A stretch of 64,000 bases of DNA from Parasitella parasitica NRRL 2501 (GCA_025201805.1 MU619282.1:132726-196725); one strand, 5' to 3'; positions 12,808-27,077 are shown, numbered from the stretch's first letter. The notes: generated by a model not told the origin, from the sequence alone. Translations and numbers: made by a program.

Positions 12808-14266
12808 CTACATGGCTTGATTGTTTCTATATTCGATAAAACATCGCATATGATATGGCGTGCCCACGTCATGTACATTGGCTACATCGCCATGTTGATG
12901 TATAGGCTGTCGTTTTGTCCATGTTCTCACCATCGGTGGTAAGTACCTAAATTGTGGTGAATCAAATTGGAGTAGCTTATGACAGCGTTGGCATGGCGAA
13001 ACAAATAAATCATGGTAGCTTGCAAACCAGTCCTGCACATAGAGAATAAGTATTATTTATTTTGATGGAGTCCTGAACCTACCAGTATATTGTATAAAGC
13101 CTCTCTAGCAAAGAAAACCAGCATGTCCTCAAATGCTGCAGTAGCCAAAAGGTTCATCTTTTGGAATACTAAATACTGTGAATCTTGCCACGATTGTTTC
13201 TATTGGACTTGATTAGATGTTTATTCACAGTTTCCAGCGCTGAGACCAAACCTCTTCTTTCACACTTTTAATGGTGTATTGATGAATAACTAATGCGTCT
13301 GATCCTCTTTCATATTCTAATTCTATATCTGCTACCAAGGCCTTGCGTGAGCATATCTACACGGACTACCGGTGAATTTTACTTTCTAAATACCCCCGCT
13401 TTGAACATGTGTATACCTTGATCCGACAAGCTGATCCACAAAGTGTTGAATATTCTTTCTTTTGAAAAACAATCGATAAATTTGCACCAGCTGCTTTGTT
13501 TTCGGCCAGCCATTCGTTAATGTATTTCGTAAAGAAGAGAGGTCTGTGTGAAGCTCGTTAATGATAACCTCAAAAGCTGCAGTTATTATGTTCTTACTCG
13601 GATGTTGTTAGGGTGGATTTTCTTTCAAACACAATAGATGATAATTCTCTACAGAAAGTTGTTGGACAAAATCCAGCCATGAGTTAAATCAAAACGTACT
13701 TGTAAGCACGATCCGCGCTTTCTTTTACTGAAGAGCCCAATTCTTTAGCTTTTCCAGAGCCGGCCTCTTCTCTATATCTATTTTCTTCTTCTGCCGCCTC
13801 TTTTTCTGTCTCGCTATAATTGGTATATTTAGTGCCGTGTTAATGTAATATTTTACCAAGTTTCCCCACCTTTTTATCATATCCCAATTGAATTTGTTCT
13901 CAAAGGCTACAATCTGGGCATGCTCCAAAGCACCTAGGATAATGAAACTCCAGAACCACCACTCTAGTTTTTCTTACTTTACTTACCTTTCAGGTTTTCT
14001 CCTTGTGCAGATAGTGTGTTGAGATCACGTCGAACACTTTTGAGTCTATCACCGAACGATTGCACGAAATTAGGTCCTTTCTCTTCTGCTTGAACAATTT
14101 CTGTAAAGTGTTTGAGGGAAGAACGTATTTCAGAGACCTTGAATAAAATAACGTGTGAATGCAGATTTATATATGAGTGGATTCAAGCAAATATTACGGT
14201 TAATAATGCATGGTCTATATTTGAGATATCTTTTTCAATTTCTTCGGGCGACCTTGTAAGAGACAT
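12808..14266 (-). CDS. MED27: Mediator subunit 27-like protein (multi-exon)
   Basis: C-terminal WFASYHDLFVSPCQRCHKLL...LPPMVR...YHMRC Zn-binding signature of Med27. ATG at 14266 (MSLTRSPEEIEKD) and many short introns. Confidence 0.75.
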
Positions 14267-15383
14267 GATTGTAAACTTTAGGGAAAAGGGGTATTATTAC
14301 TCATCCGCAAAACGGGACAAATTTCTAATTTTGAGGTGTATCAAGTTTTATTACATAACGCGCTGCATACAACCGCTCCTACTGCTGATAATATCCTTCT
14401 GCTTAGGTTTGTGGCGTCTTTTAAAAGTTGACATTGGCCATGTGGTTGCTTTGAAGTTGTAAAGTTGTTAGAAGCTAAGGCTTTCGGCTTTCGTCTTTTC
14501 AATCACTGGATACAGTTTACCAACAGTGCGCATTTCAAACCACATCTCAAACACTTATACATCAAATGAGGCTTGTTTTCTTTGGTTCATGTTAAAATAG
14601 TACATCCAAGCTTCTCAACAAGTATTCCTAATAGTCTTGATAAGATCAAATAAGCTCACCTGGCTTGTATAAAGCTTAATCACAATAAAACCTTGGCAAA
14701 GAAATGCCAGAATTACACTTTAAATTAGAATTAAATTTAATACTGCTCTTACAACAGAAAAGTTCTTTTTCAAGTAAATCATTAATGAAAATCAAATCAA
14801 AGTGTAATTCTTAAATTTTGTGGCTTACTCAGTTACCCCTCTCGCCTGTGATAGCAAGACGGGGATATTGCTTACTTGGATCTGATGTGAGTGTGTTTAG
14901 TTGATGCGAATCTTGCTGCTGCACACTTTTTACAAAGAGGCTTCGTAAAATGATCGCGAAGGGTATTGTTGATTAACAAAATAAAAACTCCAAATCAACG
15001 TCGTAAGGGTATTTAGCAATGCAGCACTTATTGTTGGAGTATCTCTTGACGTGAGTCAGCAGTGAAAACTCAAAATAATTATAAGGATCCTTTTACGGTG
15101 CTAATTGATTTCTTGTATTGTGTTATCGACATTAGCAAGATGAGTAGGAATTATTGCGGTTGGTTGACCATCAAATGTGGCACGCTTTCAAGTAATGATG
15201 CACACAAATATAAAGTGAATATTTGACTGAATTCCTGCTACATGGAACTATATGATCAAGAAGGTGTATCTAGACAATTATTCCGTGTGTTTTCAATGGT
15301 ATTTTTTTGATGTTGCAAATATCTAACTACATGTATTCAAATAATAGCAGATTTTATTTTCTTCTATACAAACGTATGGTATA

Positions 15384-16494
15384 CTACCAAGCTTTGGTAT
15401 ATTTTTCACCTGTTTCTAATAAACCAACCGCCATCTGCAATGCATTTTCAATCTTCTGATTTAAAATGCCACCATGCTGATCTCGCTTCTTTTTGCTGTT
15501 GTCATCAGTATCCTCTAGTAATTGTCTTTGCTTTGATTCAGTGTTTATAATAATAGGTAATTGCAATAATATTTTGCATATAGTAATCGACAATTGCATT
15601 CTTCTCCACAAGCTAAAATAAGATAGTGTTCTTAATTCATGCTGTAATTCGTATAATCGCATGAGCTCAAATTGCACAACTTTATAGTATTGATGTGTTG
15701 CTGCGAAATGTAAAAACATAAATAACATGTGTATATTAAACAAATAATACCTTACATTGAAATAGTTCACGCATTTTTCGAAAGCCTAGTTCAATCTGAA
15801 GAATAGCATCTTCTGTGATATGCATACCAGGATTCGTTTCATTTAAAGCATCTGCAAGTTGAAATTGTTGCACAATTTGTCAGATGATTCATTATTTTAC
15901 ATGTGTAAATGATATTTACGGATAAATGCTCGCATGGTCTGAAACTCTCCATCCAACATTTCATTGAATAGCTGTATAAAGAATAAGTGGCGCTATCCAT
16001 CAGATCCATCTAATAGCTATACCTGATGTAATACTCGCTGTAGTGTATCATTTGGATTATCATCGTCAGAAGGAGCAAACGAGGAGGATGCCGTAGATAT
16101 TCCTTTGTGTTTTGATACATCATATAGTAGTTTTGATGATGGATTACTAAGAGTTTCATAAGCTATAGAGAGTACTAACAGTGGTTTTAAATAATCTTTC
16201 CAAATCCCAGCTTATGATTTACGTACTCTGGAAACTTTCTGTAGCTCGAGGGAAAGATGGCACAAACTTGTCTGGATGACAAACTCTACTTTTCTGTTTT
16301 ATGAATGTGAATACGCATAGAATCAACATGGAGCATTCCTGAATTACTTTAATATAAGCTCGTCTAATTTCTTCCGTAGAAGCATCTTTCTTGATTCCAA
16401 GCACTCGATAGTAATCAGCCGCAGATAAAATTTCGTTTACTTGCTTATACTTTTCCTCTTCTTGTGGTTGTTGGTTTGAATTGATGAATGGCAT
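15384..16494 (-). CDS. DnaJ (J-domain) protein
   Basis: DYYRVLGIKKDASTEEIRRAY...SRVCHPDK...ATESFQ...AYETLS, a J-domain with the HPD motif. Several introns. Confidence 0.85.
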
Positions 16495-16686
16495 TTCAAG
16501 TAACAATGAATTTGAGAGGAGAAAAAGAATTAAGAAAAAAGAAAGGGAAAAACGAGAGGGGTCAGATCGTTATTTAGATATCTTTTTCTAAACAATTTAT
16601 TTAACATGTGAAATTTACAGTTTTTTTTTGTTTATTGTCATGCTTCAACAAAAAGCTTATTAAAAGTTAATTCAACACGCAATACT

Positions 16687-17437
16687 TTAAATCTTTTGCA
16701 TGGCAGCAACATCAACTGATTGAACGAAATCTTCGAAATCCTTAATTTTCTCTTCCAAATCATCCATTGAGACCTTATCATCCTCAACGACACAGTTAAT
16801 TTGGAGCTTCTTGATACCATATCCAACAGCTACAAGCTGATGGCCACCCCAAAGAAGTCCATCCATTTCGATTGACTTGACTGCTTTGGTCATTTCATCA
16901 AGGTCAGTTTCATCATCCCAAGGCTTAACCTCAAGAGTGATAGTGGTCTTGGCAGTAGGTTTAGGCTTGTTGGCCTTTTTAGCATTATATTCAGCAACGC
17001 GTTCAGCCTTAAGCTTTTCAGCTTCTTCATCTTCCTCTTCATCGGAACCAAAGAGATCTACATCATCTTCATCCTCGGCAGCGGCAGCAGCAGGAGCGGC
17101 TTCCCTTTAATGAAGCACCATTAATGTTCCTGAACATTGCAAACGTGTTGATGAGTAACTTACTTTGTGGCCAAACCATTGACAGCAGCAATGTGTGCGT
17201 ACCATCTAGCCAAGTGAGGGTAGGCTTCAGCAGAGGGTCCTTCAGTCAAAGAATTAAAGACGGACTTGTCGGCTTCGGAAGCTTCAGCACTATTTTATAA
17301 TTTTTCAAAAGGCATGATTAGATTTTACAGTTGTTAAACTTTTTTTTTTCTAGACATTACCCCTTGACGTAGGAAGCGTTCTCAAAGAAACTGTTAAGGA
17401 TCTGATGGGCCAAAGGAGCTTCAAGAGTGACAGACAT
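16687..17437 (-). CDS. EFB1: Translation elongation factor 1-beta
   Basis: [27 protein letters not shown]...[22 protein letters not shown]. Two introns. Confidence 0.97.
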
Positions 17438-18344
17438 GTTGTATCGAAATTTAGTGAGAAGGAAAAGGAAGAAAGAAAAAAAATTTTTTTCGATTAGATG
17501 TTTATTCAATTATGTGTTTAGGAAAAAAACTTTTCTGTCACGGTAAACATCAACTCAGTGCTAGATCTTGTAAGCCACTTTAGGATTTCTCAATATACAC
17601 ACGAGTTAGGATTCCATCAAGTGGAGTTCGATAAAAGCGAGCATTTGATGCAAAGGGCGTTATTCGATCTCCCATAATGGCCAAGGTAACTTCACAGCGA
17701 TTTGTCACTATATCTGATTTTACTGATTAGTGGAGAGGTTTGGTGAGACTGTGGATTGGGATGGAGAAGATGCCAATCTATTACCAAATAGAAAAACTTA
17801 CTCCATTGGAGCAATAACACGCACGCCAATCCGGAGAGAATATATCGCGAAACAATATCGCACGATCCAGAAAAAGGAGTAGGTTGAGCAGTGGTCTCAA
17901 ACAAACAGGGGTTACATGAACAACAGCATTTTGAAGATGAATCTGCAATCGATATCAATATGAGGCCAATTATTGCAACAGTAAAATCTAGCAATGTGAT
18001 AATGTGACACCAATTACAAGAGGAGGCAATTATTCTATTCGACAGAAATAACCTTATTTCAGAAAGATGGCTTGTACCTCATGACAGATATTATGATGTC
18101 AATTAACCCTGGATGAACTGACGGGAGATCACTCGTGTATGAGTTATTTATTCAAAAATGCGCAAGAATAGACCTGTGTATGTCTCACAAATCATAAATC
18201 AACGACAGAGCGATATTTGCCAAAGAAGAGGAACGAGAAACAATAAATAAATTGCGTGTATTTTCTATACAATAAAATCCTATAAATATGCAACACCTTG
18301 TTTGATTTCTTTTGAATAATTTTGTATTGCCCATCACTCCCTAA

Positions 18345-21300
18345 ATGTCCACTGATAACGGGAAATTACTTGCCACAGCAATTCACTTTTCTGATTCTCA
18401 GCAGCAGGTTGGCCGATCGCCCAAAGGTGAAACCTCTACTGCAATGAAAAGACAATTGAAGCGGACTCCGTCTAGCTCAAGCCACGCTATCATTGCATAT
18501 AGAACCTTGTCTATTACTGTTTCTGAACATCAAGCTAAAAGTCGCAAGCCTACAAAGAAATCCAAAAGGGATTTAGCAGAAGGTATTTGTATATTTAGCA
18601 CATGCAACATCACTTTGATCATCTCACAACGGCTCTTTTTCATTATAGATTTATCGAGTGCTACTTATCACAAGATCTCCATTTTAGAATTAAGCCAACA
18701 ATACAGAACAAACACTGAGCAAGGCCTTGATACAGCTCAAGCTGTCTGTCGTGTTGCAGAATACGGCAAAAACACCATCTCTCCTCCTCCCAACAATTGG
18801 CTCAAGAAACTCATTGGCTATTTTTTTGGCGGGTTCTGCAGTTTGCTTTGGTTTGCTAGTATAATCTGTTACATCTCTTGGAAGCCATTAGGCGAGCCCA
18901 ACCCTTCTCCTCTCAATCTGGCTTTGGCTGTTATCCTGATGTTTGTTATCTTTGTGCAAGCCTTTTTTAATGCGTGGCAGGATTGGTCCACAAGCCGTGT
19001 CATGAGCTCTATAAACAACATGTTGCCTACACAAACATTGGTTCTACGCGATGGAAAGATTATAACAGTAGACGCTGCGCATTTGGTTCCTGGTGATGTG
19101 GTCCATATCAAGATGGGCAACAAGATTCCTGCTGATATGCGGCTTATTCAAGCTTCCGATGACCTCAAGTTTGATCGCTCTGTGCTGACGGGTGAATCTG
19201 ATGCTATCCCTGGTAGCGTTGATGCTACTGATGACAATGTCTTGGAAAGTCATAATGTAGCCATGGTTGGGACCCATTGCTTGAATGGCTCAGCTGTGGG
19301 TGTTGTGGTCTCTATTGGAGACAACACGCTGATGGGTAAAATTGCTCGCTTGTCTCTCGTTGGCTCTAATTCTCGTACTACTCTCCAGGTGGAAATCTTG
19401 AGATTTGTCATTATCATTGCCGTTTTGTCCATCTCTGTTGGCATTGTTTGTATTGTCACTTGGGCGGCTTGGCTCAGAAGAGACTATCCTGATTTTCTTA
19501 GTGTCTCCAATGCTTTGATTGCTGTTATCAGCGTTATTGTTGCTTTTGTACCAGAAGGTATGCTTTTTATCTATTGATCATGTGTTTTTGATGGTGCTCA
19601 GACGCTCACAAAATGTATATTTAGGCATGCCGATTGCTGTTACCTTGTGCCTTACTCTGATCGCCCATCGTATGCAAAAGAATAATGTGCTGTGTAAAGT
19701 GTTGGCCACTGTGGAGACATTAGGCAGCGTCAATGTGCTGTGCTCTGACAAAACTGGTACTCTCACTGAAAACAAAATGTTTGTGTCTGATGTAAGCCTT
19801 GATATCAAAGGTTATTCATCTGCTGCATGCAAAGAAGCCTATTCCTCTAACAACAAAGCTAGTGATGGCATAATTCCTCAATTGCGACAAATTCAGCTTG
19901 CCTCTGCGCTTTGCAATGGAGCAAGCTTTGATACCGCTACATCTCACTTGGAAGTCTCCCAGCGTACAATATATGGGGATGCTACCGATTGCGCCATCTT
20001 GGGTTTTGCTGAAAGCTTGGGCCCGTCCAAAGGCATTGTGCAGACTATACGTACTAATAATGAAAAGATATATGAAGTGCCCTTCAATTCCAAAAATAAA
20101 TGGATGATGTCTATATCTCGACCTGTCAAGGAATCCATGGCTGAAGAGCTCTCTACAGGTGCCAGTAGTGTATCTCAAAACGACTGGGTGCTGTTCTGTA
20201 AAGGTGCTCCTGATGTCATCTTGAGTAGATGTGCCAGTATTTTGCTTGCGGATGGCTCTGAGGAAGCTCTGACTGATAAGCGTATTGAGCTTTTACTAAA
20301 TCTACAAACGAAATGGGCAAATGAGGGCAAACGTGTCTTGTTACTGACTCGCCGTGTCATCAAAGCTAAAGAAACTCCTGCTAACACCGTTGCTGGAACT
20401 TCAAGCTTTGCTAATTGGGCCGCCACTATGAACACTTGTCTTGTTGTTATTGGCATGATTGCCATAGTAGATCCTCCTCGTCCTGAAAGTGCTGAAACTG
20501 TAAGTATTTGCAGAAGAGCTGGCATTCGTTTCTTTATGGTCACCGGCGATTTTCCTACTACTGCTGCTGCCATTGCTCGCGAAATTGGTATCTTTACAAC
20601 GGAGCATCCTCATACCATTCAAAATTTGGATCCTGCCAAGAATATTGTTGATGTTGTTGAGTATGCTCCCAACAAGCTCATTAAGACTGCTCCTATAACT
20701 GACCTGGAAAGCTGCAAAGGCTCTAAATTAAGCAGCATAGTCGATGAGAAGGTTGTCAAGGAAATCGGCAACAGCAAATCCCTATTATTGTCTGGAAGTG
20801 ATATGATTACACTCAATGATGCTCAATGGGAGCAGGTCTGCCAGTATGAAGAGATAGTCTTTGCCCGTACCTCGCCTGATCAAAAGTTGCGCATTATTAA
20901 GGAATTCCAAAAACGCGAAAATATAGTTGCCATGACGGGAGATGGCGTAAATGATGCTCCCTCCTTGAAAGCTGCTAATGTTGGTATTGCCATGGGTAGC
21001 GGTTCTGATGTTGCTATCGAAGCTGCTGATATGATTTTGCTCGACAAGTTCACCAGTATCATTGCAGCCATAGAAAACGGTCGCCTTGTCTTTGATAATC
21101 TCAAAAAAGTTATAGTGTATCTACTGCCTGCTGGTTCTTGGTCAGAACTATGGCCTGTTCTCATCAATATCTTCTTGGGTTGTCCACAGCCACTGTCCTC
21201 TTTCCAGATGATTATTATATGTGTATTTACTGATCTGTGCCCGTCTATGGCCATCATGATGGAGAAGCCTGAAGCCGGCTTGCTGGATCGTTCTCCTCGT

Positions 21301-21852
21301 CGTCCCAAAAGCGATCGACTGGTAAACGGTAAACTCTTATTGCATGCTTATGGCTTTGTCGGCTTGATGGAAATGCTGTCGTCTATGTTCCTTTTCTTTC
21401 TCTATTTAGGAATGAATGGTCTTGGCCCTAGCAAAATATTCTTGTCCTTTTCCAGCTTGACTAACCCAGATGGCTACATGGGGTTCACTGCTGATGAGAT
21501 TACTAAACTGATCAGTACTGCTCAGTCTATCTACTTTGTAAATTTGGTCATTTGTCAATGGGGAAATGTCCTTGCGACTAGAACCAGAAGGCTCTCCATT
21601 GCTCAGGCCAATCCTCTCTGGGGTCCCAATCAAAACTTGTATCTTTTCGCCGCCATGATTGGCTCTCTTACTATTGCTCTCATAGTCCTCTATGTCCCTG
21701 TCTTCAACGTCTATCTGGGAACGGCTCCAATTCCCATCAAATTTTGGTTTATTCCTTTTGGTTGGGCTGCCTTTATTATCATCATGGATGAAATCAGAAA
21801 ACTTTTGGCTCGTATATTCCCTACCAGTTTTTTTGGAAAGTTAGCTTGGTGA
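18345..21852 (+). CDS. P-type ATPase of the Na+/K+ (P2C/ACU-like) group, alpha subunit
   Basis: LTGES, VAFVPEG, CSDKTGTLT, FNSKNK, KGAP, DPPR, MVTGD and TGDGVNDAPSLK motifs. Introns at about 18583-18648 and 19558-19625. Confidence 0.92.
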
Positions 21853-22832
21853 ATATCTTCCCCTCCCCCTCTCTTTTACAGTTACAAATAGAACATGCAT
21901 GTAAATCTTGGAATGATGACCATTCATTTTCAAAAATTAATAAAATATTGTGTTATTCAATTACTCGAGGTACAAGACTATTTGGCAAAATGAGTATATA
22001 AGCTTTTGTTACATCTTACCACTTTAACGAAGCTAATTAATTTTAATAGGGCACATTTGTCTTTCAAATCAGATAGCCTGTTGACATCTAAAGTCGAGAT
22101 AGAACTCTAACAGGTTACAAAAATTTAGTATGTACATACGATGCTTGTTATTTCATAATATAAGCTTAATAAATCTCTGCAATGGTGGATAGATTCAACC
22201 AAAGAAAACGAAGCACGGACTTGGCACTTGTAGTACAAAACATTGCGAGCTTAAGCTTTCCAAGTCTAATACACTTTTATAACACAACATATTTATGAAT
22301 TTTATGCAATAGCACCATGATTTTTATATTTATTTATCTAAGACGAGTTCTATAGCTTTAGTCTTCCATTGTTATAAACCGCCGTGTACATATAAAACAT
22401 CCTACTTGCACATGCCAAATGTTCATGTACGTACATCATACATCATTTTATATGTAATGTTGCATCCACAGCAAATCGTTCAAAACCTAGCAAGAAGAGG
22501 CAACGGAAAAATGTCTCGTCTACACAGCAACTTTTTTTAAGAGAAAGAAATTTAGTGGTTTATCAAATTTTGAAGGATTAATGAGTTTTGAACGTCGACA
22601 GAAATTTTGACTATAGAATCAGAAATATCATTGTTAACCGAGTGAATATAATGTTACAAAGCTTATCCAGAGATCAGTAGCGGTGATAGCTTGAAACCAG
22701 TGTTTAAATTGACTTTGCAGTCAATTACACAAGTTTGTGGTATTGTTTGATATTATGGTTAAAGTTTGGCGGCCTCAAGTTACATATTAACAGGTTTATT
22801 GTCGTACGTTTTATGTATGCAAGAGAGTAGGC

Positions 22833-22867
<35 letters not shown>

Positions 22868-22877
22868 NNNNNNNNNN
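22868..22877. other. Assembly gap after a poly-T run
   Basis: 10 N bases. Confidence 1.
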
Positions 22878-23661
22878 CAATTGACAAGATAGATACAACG
22901 ACTCAAAACATAATATTTTGAAGGCTGCCTAAGCATTTCGTTGAATACTTCTCAACGCTTTGCCAATTGCAAATATTTTGGTATACACTACTCGAAATGC
23001 TGTAGTATTAAAAGAGGTCAGGACAGATAGAGCGAAAAAAAAAAACTCAAGTCTAAATTGCGCTCAAATCCTTTGCTACACAACATACTCACATCACGGA
23101 AGGTGGAATAGAAAGATGATTGTGTGGGAATAAGAAGTGAACCAGCACGGATTTTTCTTGATGCTATGCCTTTCCGCGTATCGAGTGGACTTACTACATG
23201 CTGTTGATGCCTATACGGCGAAACGTTGAAATGTATGGTTCTTGCGACATGTCCATTATATACAATGGAATTCATTCCGGTCTGATTTCATTATTGAATT
23301 CACGTTCAACTCACACAAGAAGCCAAAGAGAGATCCTCTCATCGTACAAAGCTATCCGAGAGAGTAGGACAATCCATTATCGGTGCATGAGAAAAACAAG
23401 CAACTACAGTGCCTCTACATAGACTCATATTCTGACGTGAAGCAACTAGCAGGAGTAGCATTTTCTTTTCCAAGATATAATCTCATCTTTAACCTTATTA
23501 ACATGTATAAAGAGAGGTACATGTATTTCTCTTTTTCTCTCTCTCTTTTTTTCTTTTCTCTATATCATACATTTCAAAACGGTAGTCTCTCTACCCCCAT
23601 ATACGTTCACTTTTCTTCACGATCCTATCCTTTACTGATTATTATTTCAACGTTTACAATT

Positions 23662-24795
23662 ATGAACAAACTTCACTGGTCTTCAGAGTATCTTGATGAA
23701 TGTCAACAGAAATACATGCCCAAAACAGAGCTTGAACAGCAAGCTTCCTTATTATATTCTGGTAATATAAGAGTCATCGATGTGTGTAGTCATCGCATTA
23801 ACACTGGCATAGCATCGCCTTTCTACGCTGCATCTCTTTGCGGCTCGCCTGCTAATAGTGTCATGTACGGCTGTAAAGAGCCTTTCATGACCAGCCCATC
23901 TAATATGACCCGACAACATGGCCCCGGAAGCCCAGATTCTTTAATGTCTGGATTTTCTGTGACCCAATCTATTTATCATCACCCTCAAGTATCGCCTCAA
24001 CTAGTACAATCTTTGTCTAGTTCAACTGTTCATTCCACGAATAGCGCTAGCTCCGCCTCCGCTACAACCTACTTGGACAAAACAATTGCCAAGGCTTCAG
24101 CATTGCCAGAATCCTTTTATCCTGAGTTTCTTCAACATTCTAAGGAATCATTTGAGCAAAGTGCTTCTAGTGATAATGGTAGCAGTGCTAAAAAACGCAG
24201 GCGATTAGATAAACATCAGCAGCACTATCAAGAAGAAGATGACGATCGCGATGAAGAAAAACGCCCTGCCAGCAAGCAAAAAGTCGAGTAAGCTCACACC
24301 TTTAAAAGGCTGACTGCATATACACGATTTTTAACATTGCATATTTGCTCTCCTAGACTACAGCCAGACTCTTCGGCTAATGTCACTGAATTAAGACGTC
24401 AAATTCACATTCAATCCGAACAAAAACGTAGAGCCCAGATTAAAGATGGCTTTGAAGATTTGCGTACAGAGCTGCCAGCCTGCCTGAGCAAAAAGATGAG
24501 CAAAGTGACCTTATTACACAGAAGTAAGATTTTGTTTTATAATTTTTCTATTACTCAACAAATTTAATATTACAGCTGTCCAACACATCCAACACTTGAA
24601 GTCTACTCAAACGACTATATTGGCCGAGCTTGAACGTCTTGTTCAAGAGAATGGACAACTCAAAAGGCACGTATTTCATATAAAAGAAATGCCACATTAG
24701 AAAGCTAAATTACTCATACCGTATGACACAGCTTTCAACAAGGTGTATTACAAAGGCAAGCACTCGAAAACATGTATTCTATTAGAAACATGTAA
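23662..24795 (+). CDS. bHLH-ZIP transcription factor (Max/Mlx-like)
   Basis: RRQIHIQSEQKRRAQIKDGFEDLRTELP...KMSKVTLLHR-VQHIQHL followed by a zipper. Three introns; stop at 24793-24795. Confidence 0.88.
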
Positions 24796-25225
24796 CACAT
24801 CGCATCTTTCTTCCCTACATTTTACCATCTCCAATACCCTCCTACTGCTCTCGCGTAGACACAAGTGGTAGAAGCCATTGGCATTTTCCTATTACTGCGT
24901 TACGTGTTTCACCTGCATACCCTGTTATTCGATACTCTATTCCTCAAAGCCCGTTTTTCTCTGCAAAGATCCAACATTTAGAATTTTTATGCCTTTAGAA
25001 AGAAAAAGCTACTATGCTCTCTCCTACGCTTCTTATACTGATAGAGTAAATGAACTATGAGACCAAACGAAAGCCACAATATTAAGACCGTTAATAAAAA
25101 ATAGCGCAAAGAGTAATTGCATATGTACCAACAAAAGAGATGGTTATGTTGTAAAAAAATTATATAGAAGAAAAAGAGGATGAGTTTCTGATAGAAATAA
25201 GCTTTATAGAGTTTCTGAATTTACC

Positions 25226-25259
25226 GAATATAGCCCTCATCGAGGGCAGGCCTATATTC
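25226..25259 (-). ncRNA. Candidate Fanzor omegaRNA scaffold hairpin
   Basis: Minus-strand GAAUAUAG-GCCUG-CCCUC-GAU-GAGGG-CUAUAUUC: an 8-bp plus 5-bp stem overlapping the Fanzor stop codon. Confidence 0.4.
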
Positions 25260-27077
25260 TTTTCTTGTTCAGAAAGACATCAGCAAGTTTGTCGAAATTA
25301 TCAGTTCTTGAAAAACTGGTTTTTGCGTCGAAGGATGGAAATGTCACGCCGAAGACGAGTTGGGCCACACCTGCCAAACCGATCACAAGAGCACTGAGAG
25401 TGTCTCTGTTGTGAGTGTTGTGGGCAGACTTGACAGAGATACAGTCTTTATTGACACAAATGAATGCACCTTTGACTGTCTTGAATTGGGTTTGGTCGTT
25501 GTCTCGTACGACACGTAACGGGTGAGAGACCAACATAACGCAAAAAGCCTTTCGTTCGTGAACCGACACCAAGTCCGCGATCACCTACAAACATAACAAG
25601 GCGCTTGAGCCTTTTGTCTTCGTCGTCGATGCAATGATTTCGTTCAGTGGAGCATTATTTATCAATGAATTTTCTTTTCCGCAACTCGTATTGTCTCTTC
25701 TTTTTTGCAAGGTGAGCAGAGTTGTAGAAGCTTCGGACCTCCCCAGCACGACTAAACTGTTTGTTCTCCCAGACAAGTAATTCATCAATTGTGTTGACGT
25801 CGGANNNNNNNNNNNNNNNNNNNNNNNNNNNNNNNNNNNNNNNNNNNNNNNNNNNNNNNNNNNNNNNNNNNNNNNNNNNNNNNNNNNNNNNNNNNNNNNN
25901 NNNNNNNNNNNNNNNNNNNNNNNNNNNNNNNNNNNNNNNNNNNNNNNNNNNNNNNNNNNNNNNNNNNNNNNNNNNNNNNNNNNNNNNNNNNNNNNNNNNN
26001 NNNNNNNNNNNNNNNNNNNNNNNNNNNNNNNNNNNNNNNNNNNNNNNNNNNNNNNNNNNNNNNNNNNNNNNNNNNNNNNNNNNNNNNNNNNNNNNNNNNN
26101 NNNNNNNNNNNNNNNNNNNNNNNNNNNNNNNNNNNNNNNNNNNNNNNNNNNNNNNNNNNNNNNNNNNNNNNNNNNNNNNNNNNNNNNNNNNNNNNNNNNN
26201 NNNNATAATATGCTCTTCTTGATCTTGATCCTTTGTAGCAGAGTCAAAACATTCTTGATACATTCGTTGTCTAAAATTTGCTAGCCTCTCTTTACAACCC
26301 AACAATCTTTGATTGATTTCATCCCTTGTGTTTTTCAAATGTTGAATTTGCGTATACAAAGATGTCTGATTTTTGCTATTTGTCCAAGCTCAGATAAGAT
26401 TCTTCCTGTTTTCGTTCTTTGTTAAACAATTGCTTTCTTGCATGGTAAGACAGTCTAATAAGTGATATATCGTCAACGGGAATAGAGCTTGCGTATTGTT
26501 TGACATTACGAGCATTTTGACGGTCCCTTTGACGATCTAAATAATCTCGTTTTTTAGCCTCACGCAAGGGAGCTAAATGAACACGAAGGAGAGCAAGCAA
26601 CAAATGATTAAGCAGGGAATAGAACGCCTTGTTGTTGGACCACATGTTTAGAAAATTGGTTTTGTATTTCGCCAAAGCCATCTTCATGATAAAGGAATCT
26701 GCTTCGATATCTGATTTATTTGTGATAGGAAGTGCCGATATTATAGTTTTTTCGATTCGACGGTTGTCTTTTTTACCAAGTTTATCAAAATATTCAGAAT
26801 GAATACGATCCAAGTGGCTGTCATTAAAAAGTTTATCAAATTCTTGAGTGAAAGATTTCATTCGATAGACAATCGCCTGGTAACAGTGGCGGCATTTGTC
26901 CAAACCGCGGATTGAAATGATATCCTGCTGGTAAAACAAGGGCAGGGTCTTGGCCAGTTTTTGGTTCAAGAGCTACACGATCATTTTCATGCAAGACAAA
27001 GGATGACGTTTCAAATAGCAAGACGATTTTCAATACGGTACCACTTCTGTTTCCTCAATGGCTCTTTTTTTGCCCAT
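25252..27077 (-). pseudogene. Fanzor1-like RNA-guided nuclease pseudogene (stops, internal deletion, spans a gap)
   Basis: Fragments RSFYNS...KKRQYEL, VMFVGDRGLGVGSRTKGFLRY, then a frame change to KTVKGAFICVNKDC...THNRDTLSALVIGLAG (second Zn half plus RuvC-III NRD). The RuvC-II/first CxxC segment is missing. ATG at 27077 is in frame with ORF 26376-26969 through two stops. Confidence 0.75.
25805..26204. other. Assembly gap
   Basis: 400 N bases inside the Fanzor-like gene. Confidence 1.

Noticed and set aside
17104-17360. Intronic snoRNA in EF1-beta (as for yeast snR18)
   Set aside because: Both introns are only about 60-70 nt and lack C/D box pairs.
25585-26359. Long ORFs spanning 25.6-26.3 kb
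   Set aside because: Their length is an artefact of the 400-N gap.
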